Shown here: positions 53,712 to 61,505 of the stretch, in pieces | How positions within the stretch are numbered: the first letter of the stretch is position 1 | How the letters are laid out: every line of letters starts with the position of its first letter | Assembly (NCBI GenBank): GCA_030753015.1 | Contig: JASMDC010000002.1 | Location: 1 to 64,000, forward strand | Source of the DNA: Candidatus Undinarchaeales archaeon | GTDB lineage: Archaea; SpSt-1190; JASMDC01 | DNA: 64,000 bases | Reading direction: 5' to 3' | The notes under the pieces: generated by a model | The model's database searches: none | What the model was told of the DNA's origin: nothing | Seen by the model: the letters and a program-made list of their open reading frames with translations, nothing else | Program-made: the position numbers and the translations under genes

Positions 53712-54833
53712 ATGGAGGATTTCCTAGAAACAGGCCATAGTGTAGGTCTTGAAAAGGAGTTCTACGTCGTCGACGGGAACAACGGGATGACCAACGACAC
53801 CTACAATCTGGTGCACGACATCGGCGATCGTATGGAAAAAGAACTGGGGGCCTATGACAGCAACTGGGGCCCGAAGTGCTATGAGGACCTCTCCGGCCCT
53901 CTGGAGGTCACCACCCGCCCCTGCAAGGATTTGCGCCAGCTGACCAAGGACATCACGACGTCATATAAGATCGCCCAGGAGGAAGCAGAGAATAACGGCC
54001 TCTACGCTCTGGGGATGGGAAATCGACCAGGCAAGAACGACGACCATGCGGGACTTCACGTTCATGTGGGATTCAAGGACGAGGGGGAGGCGGAGTACGT
54101 GTTCCACGCTCTTCAGAAGCATGTCCCCGACATCATGGCGCTGTCCGCGAACTCGCCCACCAACTATGGCGCTTTCAAGGACATACGCCAGGTCGGTGGC
54201 CTCTTCACACAGCTGGTAGAGAACGTGCTCGCGGTGCCCACCCTCTGGGGGCACAATTTCAGCAAGTACGGCCATACGAGCCGCCGCTCTGTCATCTACA
54301 TGCGGGAAAACACCGTAGAAGTGCGGTGCATGGACTCGCAGGGATCGGGGGAAGAGGACGCGGCCATCGGCGCTTACATATTCGGTATCGCCGAGAAAGC
54401 CAAGGATGACTACGCCAACGGTGTCCCTATGGCGGAGGTCGGACGCTGGGAAGAGAAGAACTTCACACGCTCTCTTGTCAAGGGCATGGAAGCGACCTTC
54501 AAGGTAGACGGCGAGAAGGTCAAGGCCTATCAGGTCGTGGACGACACTTTCGAGGAGATCATGCCGTTTCTCAAGCAGTACAAGTGCCCCAAGAAGGTCC
54601 TCGACGTGCTCGAATCCAAGATAGAAGGCCGGCGCTCTGGCGCGGACGACATCCTCGATATCTACAGGGAGGAGCTCCCTCAGGGCTTCCTGGCGCGGCT
54701 CATCGCTCCATTCAGGCGAAAGGAAGGCCAGAAGGAACAGCTCATCAAACACCTTGCATACCGCGACGAGTTTAAGGAAGAGGTTGAGCTCGAGGATGCT
54801 TTGCCGTGGCAGCCTATGCTCGCAGCAGCATGA
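53712..54833 (+). CDS. GCS2/YbdK-like ligase, paralog 3
   Basis: Same motifs; start MEDFLETGHSVG; TTTATATA at 53655-53662. Confidence 0.85.
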   Translation: MEDFLETGHSVGLEKEFYVVDGNNGMTNDTYNLVHDIGDRMEKELGAYDSNWGPKCYEDLSGPLEVTTRPCKDLRQLTKDITTSYKIAQEEAENNGLYALGMGNRPGKNDDHAGLHVHVGFKDEGEAEYVFHALQKHVPDIMALSANSPTNYGAFKDIRQVGGLFTQLVENVLAVPTLWGHNFSKYGHTSRRSVIYMRENTVEVRCMDSQGSGEEDAAIGAYIFGIAEKAKDDYANGVPMAEVGRWEEKNFTRSLVKGMEATFKVDGEKVKAYQVVDDTFEEIMPFLKQYKCPKKVLDVLESKIEGRRSGADDILDIYREELPQGFLARLIAPFRRKEGQKEQLIKHLAYRDEFKEEVELEDALPWQPMLAAA

Positions 54834-54947
54834 TCGGACCTCTCGAACGGTCGTTCCGAATCCTTCCGTCAACTGTTGGCTGAAACCGCACACCGCAAAC
54901 GCAACGTTTATATAGAGGCCAGAGCAGCACCACTCACCAGTAGCAAC

Positions 54948-56012
54948 ATGGAGATCGTGAACGAGGGTCACTCGGTAGGGCTCGAGAAGGAGTTCTACAT
55001 TGTGAACCACGGAAGCAACGGTAATCTTCACCTTGGGGCAGAGATGGGTATCGCATCCGGTATCGGGAACAGAATGCGTGAGGAGTTGGGTGCCTACGAT
55101 GACGAGGTAGGTCCCAAAGCTTACCTCGATGCATCCGGTCCCATGGAGGTCGTTACCCGTCCCTGCTCGGACCTTCACCAGCTCACAAATGATATCACGA
55201 CCGCCTACGACATCGCCCAGGAAGTAGTGGAAGCGCATGGTAAGTACGCCCTGGGGATGGGGACGCGACCTGGGGCGCCGGACGATAAGGCCGGGCTCCA
55301 CGTTCATGTGGGCTACGGCGACGAGGCAGAGGCGGAATACGTCTTCACCGTGCTCAAGCATCACGTGCCCGAGATCATGGCACTATCAGCGAACTCGCCC
55401 AACAAGGACGGCACTATCAAGGATATGCGTGCCGCCAACCGTTCGTACGGCCAACGCTATTCCCCCTTCAGTACGACCAGCAACGAATCCGTCATCAAGA
55501 AGCGTGACAATACCCTGGAGGTGCGGTGCATGGACACCCAGGGGACAGCAGAAGAGGACGCAGCGATCGCTGCATACATCCTAGGCATCGCCGAGAAGGC
55601 CAAGATCGATTACGCCAACGGAGAGGGCGTCTCGGACCGGTTCGGCGACGAAATCAAGAACCATGAGCAGGCGATAAAGGACGGTATGGCCGCGACGTTT
55701 ACGTACGGTGACGAGACGCGGTCGGTACAGGAAGTGGCCCAGGACACATTCGTCGCTATCCTTCCCTACCTTCGTCAATACGATTGTCCTGACGAAGTGG
55801 TGGGCATATTGGCTGACAAGATCGTCCGCGGACGCTCGGGTGCCGATGATATCCTAGACATCTACGCCGAGCACCGATCCCACGGCTTCATGCAAACACT
55901 TGCATCTCCTTTCACGTTCTGGAGCAGGAGGAAAGCGCTCTACAACGACCTTGCTCATCAGCGTGAGTGGAAGGCGCAGGAACGCGAGCGGGCGGACAGC
56001 GGAGGTGCCTGA
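54948..56012 (+). CDS. GCS2/YbdK-like ligase, paralog 4
   Basis: Same motifs; start MEIVNEGHSVG; TTTATATA at 54907-54914. Confidence 0.85.
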   Translation: MEIVNEGHSVGLEKEFYIVNHGSNGNLHLGAEMGIASGIGNRMREELGAYDDEVGPKAYLDASGPMEVVTRPCSDLHQLTNDITTAYDIAQEVVEAHGKYALGMGTRPGAPDDKAGLHVHVGYGDEAEAEYVFTVLKHHVPEIMALSANSPNKDGTIKDMRAANRSYGQRYSPFSTTSNESVIKKRDNTLEVRCMDTQGTAEEDAAIAAYILGIAEKAKIDYANGEGVSDRFGDEIKNHEQAIKDGMAATFTYGDETRSVQEVAQDTFVAILPYLRQYDCPDEVVGILADKIVRGRSGADDILDIYAEHRSHGFMQTLASPFTFWSRRKALYNDLAHQREWKAQERERADSGGA

Positions 56013-56015
56013 GAG

Positions 56016-57065
56016 ATGATCTCCGAAATCCTCAACGACGGCCATTCGGTGGGGCTGGAGAAGGAGTTCTACGTGGTGAACGGCCATGGTAGCAATCGCA
56101 GAGGCTACGAGATCGTCCCGGCCGTCGAGGAGCGCATGCGCGAGGAAATGGGCGTCTACGACTCGGTCGTCGGCCCGAAAGCATATAACGATCCCACCGG
56201 TCCTGTTGAAGTTACCACTCGTCCCTGCACGGACCTGCAACAGCTCACCGACGATGTCACGACCGCCTACCGCATCGCGCAGGAGGAGGCTGACGCACGT
56301 GGCTGGTACGCCCTCGGGATGGGCACCCGTCCTGGAAAGCCCTACGACATGGCAGGACTGCACGTCCACATCGGTTTCGCCGACAAGGAGGAGGCCCGCT
56401 ACGTGTTCCACGCACTCCAGGCGCACGTTCCGGACATCATGGCACTGTCGACCAATTCTCCATCGAATGATGGCAAGGTCAAGGACATACGCATGGACGC
56501 ACGCGGCCTAGATGGCCTCTTCATGATCAGGTTCGGTCACCAGTTCGATCCGTTCGAAGACACATCACGCGACTCGGTCATCTACGTACGCGAGAACACC
56601 CTGGAGCTGAGATGCATGGATAGCCAGGGGAGCGCCGTGGAGGACGCAGCCATCGCCGCCTACATCCTCGGTATCGCCGAGAAGGCCAAGGAGGACTATA
56701 CCAACAATGCCTCCATACCGGACGTGCCAGCAGAAGGGCCCGAGAACTTCCAGAAGGCCATCGAGGACGGGATGACCGCGACGTTCACCCACGGGGGCAC
56801 GGAGATCCCTGCGCACCAGGTCGTGGCCGATACGCTCGCTGAGGTCAGACCATACCTGGAGCAATATAATTGCCCTGAGAGCGTCATAGCCTCTCTGGAG
56901 GACAAGGTCGAGAACAAGCGGTCCGGAGCCGACGATATCCTCGACATCTACCAGGAGACGGCACCCAAAGGATTCAAGGAGCGTGTTGGCGCGTTCTTCC
57001 ACCCGTGGCGCACGAAGGAGCGGCTCATCGACCGGCTCTCCCATCGGGACGGCGGGGGGTGCTGA
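56016..57065 (+). CDS. GCS2/YbdK-like ligase, paralog 5
   Basis: Same motifs; GGAGGTG RBS inside the end of paralog 4. Confidence 0.85.
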   Translation: MISEILNDGHSVGLEKEFYVVNGHGSNRRGYEIVPAVEERMREEMGVYDSVVGPKAYNDPTGPVEVTTRPCTDLQQLTDDVTTAYRIAQEEADARGWYALGMGTRPGKPYDMAGLHVHIGFADKEEARYVFHALQAHVPDIMALSTNSPSNDGKVKDIRMDARGLDGLFMIRFGHQFDPFEDTSRDSVIYVRENTLELRCMDSQGSAVEDAAIAAYILGIAEKAKEDYTNNASIPDVPAEGPENFQKAIEDGMTATFTHGGTEIPAHQVVADTLAEVRPYLEQYNCPESVIASLEDKVENKRSGADDILDIYQETAPKGFKERVGAFFHPWRTKERLIDRLSHRDGGGC

Positions 57066-57069
57066 GAGA

Positions 57070-58140
57070 ATGGCCGAGATCCTTAACGAAGGCCACTCGG
57101 TGGGGCTGGAAAAGGAGTTCTACGTCGTTGATGGTACGGGGAGCACGTACCGTCAGTCGATCCTCGAGGGCCACATCGTGGACAGGATGCAGGCGGAGAT
57201 GGACGCCTACGACGTCAGTGTCGGCCCCAAGTGCTACGAGGACGGTTCGGGTCCACTGGAGGTCGTTACACGGCCCTGCACGAATCTACAACAGCTCACC
57301 GACGACGTCACCACGGCCTACCGCATCGCCCAAGAGGAGGCCGATACTCTCAACTGCTACGCCCTGGGAATGGGTATCCGTCCCGGCCAGTCTAAAGATA
57401 AAGCAGGCCTTCATGTCCACGTCGGATATGCCGATGAGGGGGAGGCGCGTCATGTCTTCTACACGCTCCAGCGCCATGTACCGGACATCCTGGCGCTCTC
57501 GGCCAACTCCCCGATCCGGAGCGGGAAGGTCAAGGACGTCCGTCTGGTCAAGGGCTCTTACGGCCACGAGATCTCGCCCTACTCTAGCACATCCAACAGT
57601 TCTGTGATCCAGAAGCGATCCGGGACCATCGAGGTGCGGTGCATGGACAGCCAGGGATCGGGCGAGGAGGACGCGGCCATCGCCGCGTACATATTCGGGA
57701 TCGCCGAGAAGGCCAAGGATGAGTACCATGGACTCGACGAGGTACCTCCCGAGGCGGATGTCATGTACGATGTCAGCAGCTCGTACGAGGTATTGCAGAA
57801 AGAGCTGGTGAAGAACAGGGACAGGGCCATCAAGCAGGGCATGACAGCCGTTTTCAAGACTGACGGTGAAGAGGTGCCAGCGTATCAGGTAGCAGCCGAC
57901 ACCCTTGAGGCGATCAAACCTTTCCTTGAACGCTACGACTGTCCCGCGGACGTCCTTGCCATCCTTGAGGACAAGGTGGAGCGCCGTCGATCGGGAGCGG
58001 ACGACGTGCTGGACATCTACCGCGAAGTAGAGCAAGAGAAGGGACTGGACACGTGGTGGCAGGGAGTGAAGCGGTTCTTCCGCAAAGACGACGGCCTGTT
58101 CGGGCCCGACCTGTACGACCGCATCGCTCACCGCGATTAG
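57070..58140 (+). CDS. GCS2/YbdK-like ligase, paralog 6
   Basis: Same motifs; start MAEILNEGHSVG, 4 nt after the paralog 5 stop. Confidence 0.85.
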   Translation: MAEILNEGHSVGLEKEFYVVDGTGSTYRQSILEGHIVDRMQAEMDAYDVSVGPKCYEDGSGPLEVVTRPCTNLQQLTDDVTTAYRIAQEEADTLNCYALGMGIRPGQSKDKAGLHVHVGYADEGEARHVFYTLQRHVPDILALSANSPIRSGKVKDVRLVKGSYGHEISPYSSTSNSSVIQKRSGTIEVRCMDSQGSGEEDAAIAAYIFGIAEKAKDEYHGLDEVPPEADVMYDVSSSYEVLQKELVKNRDRAIKQGMTAVFKTDGEEVPAYQVAADTLEAIKPFLERYDCPADVLAILEDKVERRRSGADDVLDIYREVEQEKGLDTWWQGVKRFFRKDDGLFGPDLYDRIAHRD

Positions 58141-58163
58141 GTACCTTTCACACCCTCGCTTGC

Positions 58164-58186
58164 CCGCAAGGGAACGTTTATTAAGC
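58164..58186 (+). promoter_or_regulatory. BRE/TATA-like promoter of nitrilase paralog 1
   Basis: ccgcaagggaacgtttattaagc; 21/23 identical to 59020-59042. Confidence 0.65.
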
Positions 58187-58223
58187 ATCCCTAAGATGTC
58201 GTGGATTAGGAGCGTAGTGATCG

Positions 58224-58982
58224 ATGTACGAGCTCGAGCCTGGTGATGAACGGCCAGACCACATCACGGTAGGCCTCATCGATGCCGATGTCCCGTTCAC
58301 CAGCAGCGATACCCGGGATGAGACCGTCATGGACCACTATCAGGATGCCATCGGAGCGGCCTTGGAGGCCGAGCCCGACATCCTTGTTGGTGCTGAGTAC
58401 GTATTCTTCCCCTATCAGCCACTCACCCGCGAGGAGCGGGACGAACGGTTCAACGTGATGCGTCAGCTATCGACGGAGCATCCGGACACCCTTCTCATGC
58501 CCGGTACCTACATCTGGCAGGAGCAGGGACATCTGCACAATACACTACCTGTGTTCCACAGGGGTGAGCTGGTGTTCACCTATGAGAAGCAGAATCCGGC
58601 TAATGCCGAGCGCTGGATGGAGAGCGACCATAACTTGGCATACACTGCCGAGAAGAGCGAGGGAGTTCTCGAGTACCAGGGCCTTTCCGTGGGGATGGAG
58701 ATCTGCTACGACCATACGGCACACACACTGCGGGACAAGGGTGTCAGGGACCTCGATCTTCAGGTGTTGGTAGCCAACGGCAAGGATTTCATCGACACGG
58801 CCACCATGGTAAGAGAAGGAGGGTACCATCTTCGCGTCGATGGCAGCGACAGCTCTTCGTACGATAGCGTCGAAGTGCACAAGTGTGTCGGTCCTTACAA
58901 GTACACGACCGTCGGACCTGAACGTATGAGCGAGCTCCCTCATGACATGAAGCTCAACCTCTACGAGCTGGACATGGCGTGA
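58224..58982 (+). CDS. Nitrilase/carbon-nitrogen hydrolase superfamily protein, paralog 1
   Basis: Glu-Lys-Cys triad context: DILVGAEY, LLMPGT, HNT, YEKQN, GMEICYDH. Confidence 0.82.
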   Translation: MYELEPGDERPDHITVGLIDADVPFTSSDTRDETVMDHYQDAIGAALEAEPDILVGAEYVFFPYQPLTREERDERFNVMRQLSTEHPDTLLMPGTYIWQEQGHLHNTLPVFHRGELVFTYEKQNPANAERWMESDHNLAYTAEKSEGVLEYQGLSVGMEICYDHTAHTLRDKGVRDLDLQVLVANGKDFIDTATMVREGGYHLRVDGSDSSSYDSVEVHKCVGPYKYTTVGPERMSELPHDMKLNLYELDMA

Positions 58983-59019
58983 TATGCGCCAGGTCCCCCC
59001 GATAGCACGGGCTAACGGT

Positions 59020-59042
59020 CCGCAAGGGAAGGTTTATCAAGC
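59020..59042 (+). promoter_or_regulatory. BRE/TATA-like promoter of nitrilase paralog 2
   Basis: ccgcaagggaaggtttatcaagc, duplicate of 58164-58186. Confidence 0.65.
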
Positions 59043-59080
59043 GGACGTTGCGGCCCGTTCGTTGGAGGACGTGACGGACA

Positions 59081-59902
59081 GTGTACTCACTTGAAGATAC
59101 GACGAGCAATGATCGACCTGACCACATCACCGTCGGGCTCATCCAGGGCGACGTACCGTTCGACCGCTACAGTCCACGCGACGAGTCCTTCATGGACGCG
59201 TACCAGGACACGATCTCCACGGCCCTGGAGGCCAATCCGGACGTCCTCGTAGGCTCCGAGTACTCCTTCTTCCCCCACGTACCCCTCACTCGCGAGGAGA
59301 AGGACGAGCGACTTGAGCAGATGCGCGAGATCTCAGAGGAACACCCTGACACCCTCCTCCTACCGGGCACCTACCTCTGGCAGGAGGGCGGCAAGCTCCA
59401 CAATACCCTCCCCGTGTTCCACAAGGGCGAGATTGTCTACTCCTACGACAAGCAGAACTCGGCGAACGGGGAGAACTGGGTCGCCGAGCAGCATGGTCTT
59501 GAATATGAGGCGGAGAAGAGCCGCGGTGTGTTCGAGCACCGGGGGCTCTCCATGGGGCTGGAGATCTGCTACGATCACTCGTGCTACGAACTGTCGGGCA
59601 AGGATGTCGAGGACCTGGACCTGCAGTTCCTGGTAGCGAACGGGAAGAACTTCATCGAGAGCGCTGCAGTGGTCAGGTCCGGTGGCTACCACGTCCGCTG
59701 TGATGGCGACGAGGACGGGTACGGTGGCGTTGAGGTGAACCGGCGGGTCGGCAGCGATGAGTTCGACGAGGTGTCCACCGGGCAGGAACGTGACCTTCCC
59801 AACGACATGAAGCTGGACCTGTACGACCTGGACATGCGGCGGCCCGGATCCGGCGAGGATGGCTTCTCCGTGGCTGGTTTTATCTCCCGCATTCTCCACT
59901 GA
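59081..59902 (+). CDS. Nitrilase/carbon-nitrogen hydrolase superfamily protein, paralog 2
   Basis: DVLVGSEY, YDKQN, GLEICYDH; colinear with paralog 1, plus a C-terminal FSVAGFISRILH tail. Confidence 0.82.
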   Translation: MYSLEDTTSNDRPDHITVGLIQGDVPFDRYSPRDESFMDAYQDTISTALEANPDVLVGSEYSFFPHVPLTREEKDERLEQMREISEEHPDTLLLPGTYLWQEGGKLHNTLPVFHKGEIVYSYDKQNSANGENWVAEQHGLEYEAEKSRGVFEHRGLSMGLEICYDHSCYELSGKDVEDLDLQFLVANGKNFIESAAVVRSGGYHVRCDGDEDGYGGVEVNRRVGSDEFDEVSTGQERDLPNDMKLDLYDLDMRRPGSGEDGFSVAGFISRILH

Positions 59903-59949
59903 GCTGCCCGGCCCCAAGCCTTTTATTGTTGCTTTGTCCTACTATTTCG

Positions 59950-60234
59950 ATGGTCACACTGCACCGTATCATAGGCCTGATGCTTCTCCTCGCCCTTGTA
60001 GCGGGGTGCCTCTCATCCGGACCTTCCGGAGGGGCCTCCACAACGAACCTCCCATCATACTACCAGCAGCTTGCGGACCAATGCAAGGGCTCCAGCTGTT
60101 GCCTGTCCTCCGTTGATTCGATGTACAGGATGAACGCGACCCTATCTCCGCCCAACGGGTGTCCCCCGGGCACACAGGGGAACATGCTCAGATGTGAGGA
60201 CTCATATAAATGGTGCGAACCTGCGGCCCCGTAA
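59950..60234 (+). CDS. Small Cys-rich lipoprotein
   Basis: LLLALVAG|C lipobox, Gly/Ser linker, then a compact domain with six Cys (C-x4-CC...GCP...NMLRC...WC). Confidence 0.75.
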   Translation: MVTLHRIIGLMLLLALVAGCLSSGPSGGASTTNLPSYYQQLADQCKGSSCCLSSVDSMYRMNATLSPPNGCPPGTQGNMLRCEDSYKWCEPAAP

Positions 60235-60240
60235 GGGGAG

Positions 60241-61503
60241 TTATGTCTTGACCGGCACCGGCTGCCCGCCCGGCAGGTCCTCGGCCTTCCCCGTGTCCTG
60301 TACGTAGCTGTAGAGCGCCCCCTCAAGCTCCTCGACCGTGGCGACCTGTTCGAGCTCTTGGGACAGCTGCTTGGCCCGACGGTTCCAGAACGGCTCGTGC
60401 TGTTCGATGTACTCGCGCACGATACCGGCGATCTCCTGTACCGGGACCTCCTCCATCGGAGCGAAAAGCGACTCCATGGTGCCCGCCTTGATCGCACCGT
60501 CCTCGTCACCGGCGATGCCGTACCTGCCGGCCACGCGCTCGTAGGTGCGTAGGGACGAGTCCATCTTGCCGAAGGGCAGGTCGGAGCCGAAGAGGATGCG
60601 GCCCTCGTACTCCTGGTGCCGCGAAAGGATGATGTCAGTGAGGCCGAGGGTGTACTTGCCGACGTCCTCTGGCTTCTCCACCTCGTTGTCCTCCAGGGAG
60701 AAGGGCATGGTGATGGAGAGGTCGAGGTACACGTTCTCGTGGGATGCCGCGACATCGGCCGCCTGGGTCACTGCAGCGGTGCGTGCCTTCGCCGATACTA
60801 CCCGTGAGCTCCCGCCGCAGCCGGAGTGGCCGATGATGATGGTGGTGTCCGGGGCCTTCTCGGCGAGCTTGCCCATACGGTAGGGCTCGCACATGATCAC
60901 GTCCTCCGGATTGTCCTGGTCGATGAGGTCGGGACGGGCCTGGGAGTGGAGGAGCACGGGCATGCCCAGGGCACCTGCCACACGCGCCACGGTAGCGGAC
61001 TCGTCCGAGTCGGCGGCGAACTTCTGCGCCCGGGGATGGAGCTTGAGCCCCTCGGCGCCCTCCAGACGGCACCGCACGACCTCGTACACAGCAGCGTACG
61101 GTCCTTCCGATCCTGTGGTGCCGTTGGGGTCCACCCGACAGAACGGGTTGAACCGGCCTTCGTACTCGTTGGCTGCCCACAGCACACGGTCGTTTGCATA
61201 GTGGAATGGGATGAGGACACCGTTGGGATCCGGCACGTTCCGGTCGCCCTCGTTGAAGGGGAACACGTTACACTGGCTCTGCGGTCCGTAGCCCGCGTCC
61301 ATAGCCTCAATGATCTCCTCGGGTGTCAGGCTCCGCTGTGCCTTTTTCTCCCCGACATGGTCGTACCCTAGGCTGGCCTGGACCTCGGCCATGTTCTCCC
61401 ATGTGTACGGTGCGGTCAGTGTCTCGATGCCGTCCGGGGCGTCCCACCCCATGTGGACGTGACAGTCGAGGATCTCCCTGTCCGTGTCGCCGTACTCGAT
61501 CAT
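60241..61503 (-). CDS. Metal-dependent amidohydrolase (amidohydrolase-2 type TIM barrel)
   Basis: DCHVH, GLKLHP, VLLHS, IIGHSG, NVYLDLS, RILFGSDLPF. Confidence 0.9.
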   Translation of the reverse strand: MIEYGDTDREILDCHVHMGWDAPDGIETLTAPYTWENMAEVQASLGYDHVGEKKAQRSLTPEEIIEAMDAGYGPQSQCNVFPFNEGDRNVPDPNGVLIPFHYANDRVLWAANEYEGRFNPFCRVDPNGTTGSEGPYAAVYEVVRCRLEGAEGLKLHPRAQKFAADSDESATVARVAGALGMPVLLHSQARPDLIDQDNPEDVIMCEPYRMGKLAEKAPDTTIIIGHSGCGGSSRVVSAKARTAAVTQAADVAASHENVYLDLSITMPFSLEDNEVEKPEDVGKYTLGLTDIILSRHQEYEGRILFGSDLPFGKMDSSLRTYERVAGRYGIAGDEDGAIKAGTMESLFAPMEEVPVQEIAGIVREYIEQHEPFWNRRAKQLSQELEQVATVEELEGALYSYVQDTGKAEDLPGGQPVPVKT

Positions 61504-61505
61504 GA

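Noticed and set aside
53961-55364. 467-aa minus-strand ORF across two ligase paralogs, and similar antisense ORFs such as 1665..3002
   Set aside because: Antisense to well-supported genes; expected from high-GC codon bias.
56010-56012. In-frame TGA as a selenocysteine codon
   Set aside because: It falls at an inter-paralog boundary with a strong RBS for the next ATG, not at a Cys-equivalent position, and I recognised no SECIS.
51330-58140. Possible diversity-generating retroelement or cassette-shuffling origin of paralog variation
   Set aside because: No reverse transcriptase or recombinase in the window, no near-identical template/variable pair, and divergence is spread over synonymous sites.
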